Shown here piece by piece: positions 40,926 through 50,707 of a stretch of DNA of 64,000 bases. The stretch is taken from assembly GCA_965198115.1 (NCBI GenBank), contig OZ240241.1, forward strand, positions 4,288,001 to 4,352,000, in the 5' to 3' direction. The notes beneath the pieces were generated by a model that did not search any database, was not told the DNA's origin, and saw nothing but the letters and a program-made list of their open reading frames with translations. A program made the position numbers and the translations under genes. Numbering within the stretch: position 1 is the first letter of the stretch; the number at the start of each line of letters is the position of its first letter. Source of the DNA: Candidatus Latescibacterota bacterium. GTDB taxonomy: Bacteria; Latescibacterota; UBA2968.

Positions 40926-41392
40926 CCCTCCAGATCACCCATCAGGTTCGCCATCTCAATCGCGCTGAGTGCGGCGTCCCAGCCCTTATTCCCGGCCTTC
41001 GTCCCTGCCCGCTCGATGGCCTGCTCGATCGTTTCGGTCGTTAGCACACCGAAGATGACCGGCACGCCCGTCTCCTGCGACGCAGCGGCGATCCCTTTGG
41101 AAGCTTCGGCCGCGACATACTCGGAATGGGGTGTCGCACCCCGAATCACGGCGCCCAGGCAGATCACGGCGTCGTAGCTTCCGCTCGCGGCCAGCTTGCG
41201 CGCGACGAGTGGTATTTCGAACGACCCGGGCACCCAGACCACGTCCACCCCATCCACGTCGGCTCCGTGACGTCTCAGGCAATCGAGCGCACCCTCCAGC
41301 AGTTCTTTCGTGATGAACGCGTTGAACCGGCCCACGACGATGCCGAATCGTCTGCCGTCGGCGTTCAGTGTGCCCTCAATGACCTTCGGCAT
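40922..41392 (-). CDS. ribH: 6,7-dimethyl-8-ribityllumazine synthase
   Basis: [33 protein letters not shown]. Confidence 0.96.
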   Translation of the reverse strand: MPKVIEGTLNADGRRFGIVVGRFNAFITKELLEGALDCLRRHGADVDGVDVVWVPGSFEIPLVARKLAASGSYDAVICLGAVIRGATPHSEYVAAEASKGIAAASQETGVPVIFGVLTTETIEQAIERAGTKAGNKGWDAALSAIEMANLMGDLEG

Positions 41393-42650
41393 GCTGATCT
41401 CCCGGTGTCCCGTCTTCCAACGTGAGGTCTTCGTCGCTGAACAGGTGACCCATTCGCAGGCGCTTGGTCCGCAGGTAATTGATGTTGTATCGATTCGCCT
41501 GAATCGCCATCGCCTCCCGCGCGATGATCTCGATCCCGTAGGCTTCGAGTCCCACGCGCTTCGAGGGGTTGTTCGTGATCAGACGAATCTTGCGCGCCCC
41601 CAGATCGGACAGAATCTGGGCGCCAATCCCGTAATCCCGTTCGTCCATTTTGTAGCCCAGCTTGACGTTCGCGTCGACCGTGTCGTAGCCCGATTCCTGA
41701 AGCTTGTAGGCCCGGATCTTTTGACGCAATCCAATGCCCCGGCCTTCCTGCCGCATGTAAACGAGCACGCCTCGACCTGCCCTCGCGATCATCTTGAGCG
41801 CCGCATCCAGGTTCTGGGCACAATCGCAGCGCAGCGATCCGAGCGCGTCCCCCGTCAGACACTCGGAGTGCATCCGCACGAGCACCGGTTCGCCATCGTT
41901 GAATGCCCCCGTCGTCAGTGCCACGTGCTCGCGCTCATCCACATCCGACTCGTACAGGTGGAGTTGGAACTCACCATATTGCGTCGGCATGTCGACCGAC
42001 TCGAGACACCGGACCAGCTTTTCCGAGCGGCTTCGATACGCGATCAGATCCTTGATCGTGATCACCCTGAGCGAGAACCGTCGGGCCAACTCCTGCAACT
42101 GAGGAAGACGCGCCATCGTTCCGTCCGCGTTCAGGATCTCGCACAGAACACCGGCTGGCGCCAGCCCCGCCAGCCTGGCCAGGTCTACCGTCGCCTCCGT
42201 GTGGCCCGCCCTCCGCAGCACGCCACCCGGTCGCGCTTTGAGCGGAAAAACGTGACCAGGACGACCAAAGTCGGTCGCCACGGCCGCCGGGTCCACGAAT
42301 CGCCGAATCGTCTCCGCTCGGTCGCTCGCCGAGATTCCGGTCGTCGTTCCCTCGACCGCATCGATGCTCACGGTGAAAGGCGTTCCGTGCAACGCCGTGT
42401 TCTCGTCCACCATCATATCGAGCTGTAGATCTCGCAGCCGTTCTTCGGTTGCGGGCAGACAGACCAACCCACGACCGTGTGTGGCCAGAAAGTTGATGGC
42501 CTCTGGCGTCACCTTCTCGGCCGCCAGAATGAAATCGCCCTCGTTCTCACGATCCTCGTCATCGACGACGATCACGATCTTGCCGTTCGCGATGTTCTCG
42601 ATGGCATCTTCGATCGAGTCGAGACTGGACTCTGTTTTCGATTCGCTCAT
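41376..42650 (-). CDS. ribBA: Bifunctional DHBP synthase / GTP cyclohydrolase II
   Basis: [25 protein letters not shown]...S.RCDC, QEGRGIG, TNNP. Confidence 0.96.
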   Translation of the reverse strand: MSESKTESSLDSIEDAIENIANGKIVIVVDDEDRENEGDFILAAEKVTPEAINFLATHGRGLVCLPATEERLRDLQLDMMVDENTALHGTPFTVSIDAVEGTTTGISASDRAETIRRFVDPAAVATDFGRPGHVFPLKARPGGVLRRAGHTEATVDLARLAGLAPAGVLCEILNADGTMARLPQLQELARRFSLRVITIKDLIAYRSRSEKLVRCLESVDMPTQYGEFQLHLYESDVDEREHVALTTGAFNDGEPVLVRMHSECLTGDALGSLRCDCAQNLDAALKMIARAGRGVLVYMRQEGRGIGLRQKIRAYKLQESGYDTVDANVKLGYKMDERDYGIGAQILSDLGARKIRLITNNPSKRVGLEAYGIEIIAREAMAIQANRYNINYLRTKRLRMGHLFSDEDLTLEDGTPGDQHAEGH

Positions 42651-43291
42651 AACCCGAATCCCGCGCGTTGTAGGGTAGCTAACGTCAGGCCTCCAGCTTC
42701 CTCGCTCGTGCCGACAAGCCGTTCGAGGTATCTCGCCACGATGTCGACCTCCAGATTCACACGATCGCCCTGGCGGCGATCGCTCATCGTCGTCACCCGC
42801 ATCGTATGCGGAATGATCGTCACTGCGAATCGATCCGCGTCCACCCACACGACCGTCAGACTGATTCCGTCGACGGCGATCGATCCTTTTTCCGCCACAT
42901 ACCGGCTGAGCGCGACCGGCATTTCGATCGTGTAATCCGTATGATCGCCTCCGTCGTCGCACGTAGCGACCCGACCCACGCCATCCACGTGGCCCTGCAC
43001 GAGATGTCCATCCAGACGATCGGAAAGACGAACCGAGCGCTCGAGATTCATCCGGTCACCCAACCCCAAAGCCCCCATCGTCGTTCGCTTCAGCGTTTCT
43101 TCAACCGACTCCACCGTAAACGTCGGCGCAGAGACTTCAACCGCCGTGTGGCACGCTCCGGCCAGACTCACGCTGTCTCCAACCTTCATTCCATCCAACA
43201 CCGTGGGGGCTTCGATCTTCGTCTGCTGGTAGCCGGACCGTCGGTCGATCGACCGAACGGTTCCAACTTCTTCAACGATTCCCGTAAACAC
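42647..43291 (-). CDS. ribE: Riboflavin synthase (alpha chain)
   Basis: (M)[31 protein letters not shown]. Confidence 0.95.
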   Translation of the reverse strand: MFTGIVEEVGTVRSIDRRSGYQQTKIEAPTVLDGMKVGDSVSLAGACHTAVEVSAPTFTVESVEETLKRTTMGALGLGDRMNLERSVRLSDRLDGHLVQGHVDGVGRVATCDDGGDHTDYTIEMPVALSRYVAEKGSIAVDGISLTVVWVDADRFAVTIIPHTMRVTTMSDRRQGDRVNLEVDIVARYLERLVGTSEEAGGLTLATLQRAGFGL

Positions 43292-43350
43292 GCTCGTCGC
43301 TCCAGGTTCGGTCCCCGTCGACACGAAGCAGGCACGTTAAGCCCGTCGCG

Positions 43351-44445
43351 TCAGACCACATCACCTTCGTAGAGGAGGTCCGATCCCAACCATTCCGTCC
43401 GAACATTGGACAGTTGGACGCTCTCCTCGATCCTTCGGATTCCCAAATCGTCGACGGAAGGAATCCCGGCGCCCAGCATTCGCGGTGAGATGAACATCGC
43501 GATCCTGTCGACGCAACGCGCCCGCAGAAACGCGGTAGCCACGCGGCTCCCTCCCTCTACCAGCACGTGAATCACATCTTCTGATCCGAGCGTGTCCAGC
43601 AAGGCTTCGACCCGCGGCCGACCCGTTTCATCGGTCGCGACGGTCATTATCCGGGCCCCGCTCGCCTCCAGCTGCTTCCGCGCATCGGCATCGGCACCAT
43701 TTGCGGCCACGATCGTCGCCCCCGGAAGACACTTCGCGTCAGGTGGCGTGCGCAGCTGGGTGTCGAGCACGACACGCAGGGGATTCTCACCCTCCACGTG
43801 ACGAACCGTCAATCGGGGATCGTCGGCCAGTACGCTACCCACACCCACCACGATGGCCTGGGCCTCGGCCCGTAGCCCGTGCCCTCTGGCCCTCGCAGCC
43901 ACGCCCGTGATCCACTTGGAATCGCCCGTACACGTCGCGATCGATCCATCCAGAGACTGCGCGAGCTTGAGAGTCACGTTGGGCCGCCCCGTGCGGCGAT
44001 GGGTCAGGTAGGCCGTATTCAGCTTCTCAGCCTCGTCGGCCAACAACCCCACCTCGACGGTGATGCCAGCGTCCCGCAATCGCTCGAACCCCGCGCCCGA
44101 AACACGTGCGTCCGGATCCTCCAGACAGCAGACCACTCGTCCTACGTTCCGATTCACGAGCAAGTCCGCGCACGCCGGTGTCCGACCCTCGAAGGCACAC
44201 GGCTCGAGGGTCAAGTAGACGGTCGACCCTGCAACCTCCCCGCCCGCGTCGTCGATCGCCGCAACTTCTGCGTGGGCGGTTCCGGGACGAACGTGGTAGC
44301 CACGGCCCAGGATCTCTCCATCCCGCACGACGACGGCGCCAACCATCGGATTGGGCCGGGCCGTCAGCCGTCCGCGCTCGGCGAGTGTCAAGGCCTGACG
44401 AATGTAGTCGGCATCGATCACTGGCGGGGTAGGGTCATCCGACAA
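43351..44445 (-). CDS. ribD: Bifunctional pyrimidine deaminase/reductase RibD
   Basis: PNP.VGAV, HAE, TLEPC...GRTP.C, SLDG.IA, D.P.L..R, VEGG. Confidence 0.95.
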   Translation of the reverse strand: MSDDPTPPVIDADYIRQALTLAERGRLTARPNPMVGAVVVRDGEILGRGYHVRPGTAHAEVAAIDDAGGEVAGSTVYLTLEPCAFEGRTPACADLLVNRNVGRVVCCLEDPDARVSGAGFERLRDAGITVEVGLLADEAEKLNTAYLTHRRTGRPNVTLKLAQSLDGSIATCTGDSKWITGVAARARGHGLRAEAQAIVVGVGSVLADDPRLTVRHVEGENPLRVVLDTQLRTPPDAKCLPGATIVAANGADADARKQLEASGARIMTVATDETGRPRVEALLDTLGSEDVIHVLVEGGSRVATAFLRARCVDRIAMFISPRMLGAGIPSVDDLGIRRIEESVQLSNVRTEWLGSDLLYEGDVV

Positions 44446-44463
44446 TAGGTCTCCGCGGTCCGC

Positions 44464-46503
44464 TCAATTCTTCACGTCGAACAGACGCTTGGCCACGCCC
44501 ACGTTGCCCAACCCATCCACCGCTCGCACGACGATCGTGTACTCTCCAGACGCCAACCCATCCAGCTTCGCACCGAACGCTTCCTCCGTCGAGTCGAAGA
44601 TGTCATCCGACGGGAACAGAACGTGCCACGGTCCCGCGTTCAGAGAATAGGCAGCTTCGACAAGGGCGGTCGTCGCGTCGCTCATCCGACCCTCGATACG
44701 CACGGCCCCGGATGACAGCGTCGAAATCTCCAGCGAAACGACGGGCGGTGTGTGATCGATCTCGAACGGCTCGCTCAGTCTCTCGGCCGACAGGGCCAGA
44801 TGCGGCGGATTGCTCGCCTCGTCGGAAACCGTCAACCGAACCTGCATCGCGCCTTCGGGTGCCGACTCGGTGTTCCACGTGTAGCTGGTGGCCGTCAGGT
44901 CGTCCTCGAGAAGCTTCCAATCGCGTTCGGCTCGACCCTTGAAATGCAAGGCGTAGACAAGATCGTCATCGTTCACGTCCGCGCCGGACCAATCGAGCTT
45001 CCAGACTCCCCGAGCGTCCGACCCTCCGACCGACCCACGGGGACCGTTGGGGCCGCCCTTGGCCTGCGGCCCATCCCCGTTCGCCTTCGACCCGGGTGCC
45101 GAGACACGGAACGTCAGCACCATAGGCCGGACGTTGTCTTGCAGCCCCGCGATCCTGACGCGCCGCAACAGAGGAGATGATCCGCCACTCCCGGTCAGCG
45201 TCGCACGATACTGAATGAACCTCGCTGCAGGACTCGCAATGCGCCCGTCTGCGACGACCGCCCAATCGCTCCAGGTCTCATCCGGCGTCTCGCGATTCCC
45301 ACTCCGTGTTTCGAACCCGAGCGACGCCCCCTTTGCCGTCTCAGCCTGGGCGGTCAGCTGACCCCAGCGGGAAACGAGACCGAAGTCTTCGGGTTCACTC
45401 GTCAAAACACCCTTCGCTGAGGCTCCGGAATCGATCGACCAGATCTTCCCCGTGCCGGCGGAGCCCAGCCATCCGCCACCGCGACCGTTCGATAGAAACG
45501 TCCAGGGCGACGCCTCGTGCAGACGCGCGACCAGGGCGTGACCGCCCCGTGGATAGACGTGGTGGAGCCCTCCCTCGTCGCCCGTGACGATCTCGATTGC
45601 GCCGTCCGCGTTTTCGCCAACCGACAGCATCATCGCCGCCGACGTCTCCCAAAGCCTGTAGCCCGAACCCGACGGCTGAATCGCGTAGAGCGCGGACCGC
45701 GAACGGGATCCTGGGGACTCTGCGGCGCGCGAGCTCCCACCCGATGGCGTCACACGGACATCCTGCGACATCGCGCCGGCATACAGTGTGCCGTCGGCGG
45801 CGAGGGCCATCGTGTGAACTTCGTTTTCTATCGCATCGTAAAGCACGGTCGCGTCTTTCTCCTCGATGCGATAGATCAACCCATTTTCATCCGTGCCGGC
45901 GTAGAGGATTCCGTCGGACCTCCGTAGCAGCGAAACGACATTCGCGTCGGCGGCCTCGAGCACTGTTTCGACATCGCCACCCAACGACACGGACACGACA
46001 CGACCTTGCTGCCCACCGGTTGCGGCGTAGATGCGCCCGCGAGCGAGCGCGAGTGCCCATACGTGGTGATCGCCTGTGTGTGCGAGCGTTCTCGGTTCCT
46101 TCCCGGGTGAGATGGCATAGATCAACCCACTTGGCGACGATCCGGCGTAGACCGTTCCGTCCGACCCCACCACGAGGGCGAAGATCGCCACTTCGGGTGA
46201 ATCGAAGACGAGCTCAGGATCACCACCGGAGGAAATCCGGTAGATCCGCCCTTCGTTCCCGGTTCCCGCGTAGATCGTTCCACTGCCGTCCTGCGCGAGC
46301 GACCAGACATAGCTCTCGTCGGTCGTGGCAAACGGAGCGACCGAAGGTCCGAGACGTACGGTCCCCTCCCGTGACACCGACAGATCCTGGATCTCTCCTT
46401 CGAGGAAATGCGCCTGGGTATCCTGTTCCCAGATTCGGGGTTCGACGGCGCACACGTGATGCGCACCGATAAGAATCGAAATCGACAGCCAAAGCGCCTT
46501 CAT
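44464..46503 (-). CDS. Secreted WD40/beta-propeller protein with C-terminal FN3/Ig-like domains
   Basis: Signal peptide; repeated DG.IYAGT...G.IY.I blades; RSGN...PD.TWSDW, RFIQYR, D.N.D.L.Y, D.TPP. Confidence 0.75.
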   Translation of the reverse strand: MKALWLSISILIGAHHVCAVEPRIWEQDTQAHFLEGEIQDLSVSREGTVRLGPSVAPFATTDESYVWSLAQDGSGTIYAGTGNEGRIYRISSGGDPELVFDSPEVAIFALVVGSDGTVYAGSSPSGLIYAISPGKEPRTLAHTGDHHVWALALARGRIYAATGGQQGRVVSVSLGGDVETVLEAADANVVSLLRRSDGILYAGTDENGLIYRIEEKDATVLYDAIENEVHTMALAADGTLYAGAMSQDVRVTPSGGSSRAAESPGSRSRSALYAIQPSGSGYRLWETSAAMMLSVGENADGAIEIVTGDEGGLHHVYPRGGHALVARLHEASPWTFLSNGRGGGWLGSAGTGKIWSIDSGASAKGVLTSEPEDFGLVSRWGQLTAQAETAKGASLGFETRSGNRETPDETWSDWAVVADGRIASPAARFIQYRATLTGSGGSSPLLRRVRIAGLQDNVRPMVLTFRVSAPGSKANGDGPQAKGGPNGPRGSVGGSDARGVWKLDWSGADVNDDDLVYALHFKGRAERDWKLLEDDLTATSYTWNTESAPEGAMQVRLTVSDEASNPPHLALSAERLSEPFEIDHTPPVVSLEISTLSSGAVRIEGRMSDATTALVEAAYSLNAGPWHVLFPSDDIFDSTEEAFGAKLDGLASGEYTIVVRAVDGLGNVGVAKRLFDVKN

Positions 46504-48317
46504 CGTCCCTCTTTCTCTGTCGAAGATGGTGACGTCCGGCGGTGCGTGCCGCCGAATCGCAGCCCCGGTTGCTGGTCACCCACGTAGAGGAAAACGGTCT
46601 GGCTTCCGGACAGGACATAGTCGGTCGACACGCGTTCGTGAGAGAGCACCGAACTGCTCACGGCCGCGATTGAACCACTCTCGCGCCCCATCGCCAGGGC
46701 TGCAAGAACCGACGGCGGAAGGACGGCCATTTCCCGCCCCTCGATTGTCGCCCCCCGCCGTTGCGCGGAAAGCTCGATCACCATCTCGTCATTCCTGGGC
46801 AACTCCCCGAGCTTCCGAAGCAGGTGTGAGATGTCCTGGGGGCGATACTCCGCCGGAACCCGCTTGGCGTCGGCCGTGTTGTGATCTTTCGCGCTCGAAA
46901 CACGCAAAGTCAACTGCTGGTCCTTCACGAACGACGGCAGCACGACCGACGTCGCGATCTCGTGCGGTTCGCCCAGGTATGGCCGGACGATCACACGGAG
47001 ATCGACCGCATCGCCAGCCTCGAAACGGGACCGGTCCAAACGGACCCCGACGATTTTTGCGGCGTGAACCGTTTCGACCACGTCGAGATCGAAAGAGGCG
47101 CGCACCACCCGCACCGTCTCATACGGGTTCTGAACCAACATATCGAACGGGCGCGTCACACCACCGATACTCTCGCCGAGCCCGAGTGGACCCGCATAGA
47201 CGTTCTCGAGTTCGAGTGGATCGTATCCATCCAGCTCGATCGTCGAGCGGGTACTTACGGTCACCTCACCCGCCGCCTGCTGTGACGTGATTAACGCACT
47301 TACGATCGAGGCCTGCGTGTAGAGCGGTCCAAACCTCCGATCCCGCAGCACTTCGATCTCGTAGGTCTCCTCACGGCTCGGCGACCGAACGACGATCGAA
47401 ACCGGCATCATATCCACGGTCTGTCCGAGAACACCCCCGATACCCGGTGCGCGATCTTGCGTGACGGCACCGATCTGGCGCACGGCAGACCCGATTTTAA
47501 AAGAGATAAACTGGCTTGGGATGACGTCGTGGATGAACGCCGTTGTCATGGGCAGGGAGGTCGTTCCGCTGAACATCATCGGATGTCCCCACGCGATTGT
47601 ACGATCTCCTTCGATCCACGTAAGCGTCCCGATGCTCGTCATATCCAGGTCGCCCCGCACGAATTGTACGCCGATGGCAGCTCCTGGCTCCAGTGGCCCA
47701 TCGGGCAGGGAAGCGTCGGCACCGCCGGTACCCTGGACGGGGAGAAGCCCGTAGGGCGCGAGTCGATCGCGGAGATCATCGACGACCGAAGAAGCGAATC
47801 CCGAGGCGAAGACGGGCGTCGTCACCGGTCTGAGAGAAGCCAGGTCCATCGAGTTCAGGGGGTCGTGCTTCCGAGATAGAGAAGAGGTAGCCCCCATCCG
47901 AGTTGCCGGCACGGTATCCGGTCGATCCAGTATTTCGAGCATCTCTTCGATCGGGGTAATTCCCATAACCGCCTCTTTGGAAAAAGCCCACCCCAGCGCG
48001 ACTGCCCCGATCAGCTTGCCGTCCACGAACACGGGACTTCCACTTATGCCCAGAATGCCCTGAGTCCGGTCGATCGTTTCGCCCGAAAGACGTGCAAGAA
48101 TCACATCGGACCTGGCTCCGAAGACATTCTTGACGACTCCCAGGATCTCGACGTCGAAAGAATCGATTTTCGTGCCGTGAAACACCGTCCTGCCTACGCC
48201 TTTCATCCCCCGAGTAACAGCATCGGTAGGAAGAATGTCGGGTTCACTTCCGACGGGGCTGTCGAGAGCCCCGACCAGTAGCACGAGTAGAGCCGTTAGA
48301 ATCAAACGAAAATGCAC
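46500..48317 (-). CDS. SpoIVB peptidase S55 domain protein, secreted
   Basis: GMKG.G.TVF.G.....F.VE.LG, G.SGSPV.VDGKLIGAVA, GHP, QDR..GI. Confidence 0.85.
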   Translation of the reverse strand: MHFRLILTALLVLLVGALDSPVGSEPDILPTDAVTRGMKGVGRTVFHGTKIDSFDVEILGVVKNVFGARSDVILARLSGETIDRTQGILGISGSPVFVDGKLIGAVALGWAFSKEAVMGITPIEEMLEILDRPDTVPATRMGATSSLSRKHDPLNSMDLASLRPVTTPVFASGFASSVVDDLRDRLAPYGLLPVQGTGGADASLPDGPLEPGAAIGVQFVRGDLDMTSIGTLTWIEGDRTIAWGHPMMFSGTTSLPMTTAFIHDVIPSQFISFKIGSAVRQIGAVTQDRAPGIGGVLGQTVDMMPVSIVVRSPSREETYEIEVLRDRRFGPLYTQASIVSALITSQQAAGEVTVSTRSTIELDGYDPLELENVYAGPLGLGESIGGVTRPFDMLVQNPYETVRVVRASFDLDVVETVHAAKIVGVRLDRSRFEAGDAVDLRVIVRPYLGEPHEIATSVVLPSFVKDQQLTLRVSSAKDHNTADAKRVPAEYRPQDISHLLRKLGELPRNDEMVIELSAQRRGATIEGREMAVLPPSVLAALAMGRESGSIAAVSSSVLSHERVSTDYVLSGSQTVFLYVGDQQPGLRFGGTHRRTSPSSTEKEGR

Positions 48318-48359
48318 GCAAGTGCCTTTAGTTTTGGGAGTTTATCCTTCAAGGCCAAG

Positions 48360-48501
48360 AATCTACCGTTGGTAGGTAAGCGTGTCAAGCCGGCTGGTTC
48401 GGAGAGGACCCTTTACTGGTAAGAAAAGCGGTCCGACCTTAAGGGTATCGCCTTCCACTTCGGTGAACAAGCTTGTGACCTCAGGATTCGTGAATTATAC
48501 T
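48360..48501. promoter_or_regulatory. Divergent sigma70 promoters (S55-rib operon on minus; rlmH on plus, nearly leaderless)
   Basis: Minus TTGACA(48388)-17-TAGATT; plus TTGTGA(48473)-17-TATACT, ending 8 nt before the rlmH ATG. Confidence 0.55.
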
Positions 48502-48509
48502 GTCGATTC

Positions 48510-48995
48510 ATGCGCATCGCGCTCCTGACCGTCGGACGGTGCAAGGACCCCCCGCTACGCGAGGCCGGCGACGGATACGCCAAAAGACTCGGTCATTACA
48601 CCACATTTGTGGAGAAGCACGTGGCCGAAGAACGGGCGAGCAAGGGTCGTGGAAGCAGATCCCACGGGATTCGGCAGATCGTAGCAGCCGAGGGTGAGCG
48701 CATCCTCGGTGCCGTTCCGGATCGAGCTTATCTGGTTGCGATGGATGCAGCGGGTGAATCGGTCGATTCTGCTGGATTGGCGCGGAAAATAGAGGAAATC
48801 GCGACACGAAGCGTGGCTGTGCTCACCTTCGCTATCGGAGGCGCCTTCGGCCTGTCCGATGAGGTGATCACGCGAACTGACTGGCGTCTATCGCTGTCGA
48901 CCATGACGTTGCCACACGAAATGGCACGTCTAATCCTATTGGAGCAACTCTACCGCGCCTTTACGATCGTGCGCGGCGAAAACTATCACAAATAA
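48510..48995 (+). CDS. rlmH: 23S rRNA (pseudouridine1915-N3)-methyltransferase
   Basis: Y.KRL, EGE.IL, F.IGG..GL, LSLS.MT.PH..ARL.L.EQLYRA......YHK. Confidence 0.95.
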   Translation: MRIALLTVGRCKDPPLREAGDGYAKRLGHYTTFVEKHVAEERASKGRGSRSHGIRQIVAAEGERILGAVPDRAYLVAMDAAGESVDSAGLARKIEEIATRSVAVLTFAIGGAFGLSDEVITRTDWRLSLSTMTLPHEMARLILLEQLYRAFTIVRGENYHK

Positions 48996-49254
48996 GGCCC
49001 GAGGGCGGTGGTCCCAAACAGCCGGGGAGAGATGATTCCGCGTGTGTGGTAACACCTCAAGGAATCCGGCTGTCTAAAGACGCACCTGTCCTCGGGTCGC
49101 TTCTTTTAGGCGAAACGATCGGCCGACGAGTCGAAAGCTTTTTGGGGAGCTACAGCGCGATTTCCGGAGGGGATACAAACTGCAGAAACCATCGTGCTTC
49201 GCGGGTGAAACGCGATCGTTTTCGTAACAGGAAAGGAGCCCTTCTGCTCAAAGC
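48996..49254 (-). ncRNA. Candidate structured non-coding RNA (unassigned)
   Basis: Minus-strand TTGACT-17-TATTAT promoter (49289-49261), no convincing ORF, 103-nt irregular rod (48996-49098) and a second long-range stem. Confidence 0.4.
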
Positions 49255-49385
49255 AATCTCATAATAAGCCATTGTTTTTGCTGAGTCAAGAGCAATGAGG
49301 GCGAGCTCGGAAGAGCAGTCGAAGAGGGCGTTAGAGGCCGCCAAAACCGAACGGAACGGAACGCGCGGACAGAGTGTTTGGTGGG

Positions 49386-49601
49386 TTAGTTGAACGACTG
49401 AAGTCGGAAACGGTAACGCCTGTCTAGACGACGAACCATGCCTCGGATGCGCTCCGACCGAGCGACGTCGTCGATGAGGGCGTAACAGAATCCAAGGTAG
49501 GCGAGATGGTGTCTGAACCGTCGATCGGGTTCCCGAATCACGCGGACGCCTTCCGGGGTGGAGGTGCGGTCCAGGGTGCCGGCCTGGGGGTAGGTTGCCA
49601 T
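49386..49601 (-). CDS. Small hypothetical protein (71 aa, Arg-rich)
   Basis: ATG preceded by GGAG; fills an otherwise empty interval. Confidence 0.45.
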   Translation of the reverse strand: MATYPQAGTLDRTSTPEGVRVIREPDRRFRHHLAYLGFCYALIDDVARSERIRGMVRRLDRRYRFRLQSFN

Positions 49602-49929
49602 TCTGGGTCTCCGTTTCGAACTCCGATTGAAGCTCTCTTACTGTGACGCACCACGACCGATCAACGTTCCATCTATTGTAGTGCACATGCGTTCATCTAC
49701 CAAGACTCTTTTTCAACAAATAGACAGAATGTGGCCACACGGCCTTGATCTTATCCGACCACAATGCGATATTCGTCAAACTGATTCACCAAACTGAACA
49801 AGGAGTCCACGAAGACCCAGTGACTTTACGCACACTCGATTGCCCCGGGAGGAACGGACCCTGTCCCGGACTCGGATAGTCGGCCGGCGCTCGCTTTTCA
49901 GCGGGCCCCGAAGCCGATGCGGCGGCTAT

Positions 49930-49968
49930 GCCCCCTGTCGATACTCATTCGACAGGGGGCTTTTTGTT
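49930..49968 (+). terminator. Leader terminator upstream of an ECF sigma
   Basis: GCCCCCTGTCGA/TCGACAGGGGGC followed by TTTTTGTTT. Confidence 0.8.
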
Positions 49969-50064
49969 TGTTCCCCTCCCAGTCGCGCACCCCCTCAAAA
50001 ATACGTGCCTCGGCTTGACGACGACCTTCGCAAATCCTGTCAAACCGAAACGGTGAGACTCTCA

Positions 50065-50625
50065 ATGACGCAGCAATCCGAACAGATCTTGATTCAACGA
50101 GCCGTCCGCGGCGACCAGCGAGCCTACTCCAGCCTTTATCACGCCCACTGTGCCCGCATCGCGGCGACCGTCGCTCAACGCACCGACTATGACGACGACA
50201 TCGACGATCTTGTACAGCAAACCTTCATTCGCGCTTTTCGTGCGTTGCCCCGCTTCAGGGGAGACGCTGCCTTTTCGACGTGGCTGACCCGGATCGCGAT
50301 GAATGTGTGCAACAGTCACCACGACGGCCGCCGAGTCACACTACCTCTCGACGCGCTCGATCGCACGCCCGAATCCGCTGGGCATTGCCCGAAGCCAAGG
50401 CCCGATCAGGTCCTTCAACAGAAACAGCAGGTAGGTCGGGTCGTGCGCGAGATCGATGCACTCCCGGAGCGATACCGTCGGGCACTCCAGCTCCATTACA
50501 TCGAAGACCGGCCCTACCCGGAAATCGTCGAGCAACTGGGGGTGCCCTCGGGAACGATCAAGACCTGGCTGCACCGTGGCCGTAACCGTATACGAGCGTC
50601 GATCGAAGCGGCCGACGCCCTGTAA
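50065..50625 (+). CDS. ECF sigma-70 factor, no adjacent anti-sigma
   Basis: D.VQQTFIRA...L.RFRG.AAFSTWL.RIA.N, Y.EI...LG.P.GTIKTWLHRGR. Confidence 0.88.
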   Translation: MTQQSEQILIQRAVRGDQRAYSSLYHAHCARIAATVAQRTDYDDDIDDLVQQTFIRAFRALPRFRGDAAFSTWLTRIAMNVCNSHHDGRRVTLPLDALDRTPESAGHCPKPRPDQVLQQKQQVGRVVREIDALPERYRRALQLHYIEDRPYPEIVEQLGVPSGTIKTWLHRGRNRIRASIEAADAL

Positions 50626-50707
50626 CCGCTTGAGGCGACCAGCGGGCAGTCGTATACTCTCCGTCGTGGTCACCGGTCCGATGTCCAGGAGTGGTTGAGG
50701 AGCTCAT

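Noticed and set aside
48978-48995. SCCmec-like attB at the rlmH 3' end
   Set aside because: The similarity follows from the conserved YHK-stop codons; no recombinase and no second copy of the site seen in the window
48996-49098. SRP RNA, 6S RNA or glycine riboswitch
   Set aside because: No SRP helix-8 GGAA/AGCAG motif, too short for 6S, and glycine aptamer motifs are incomplete
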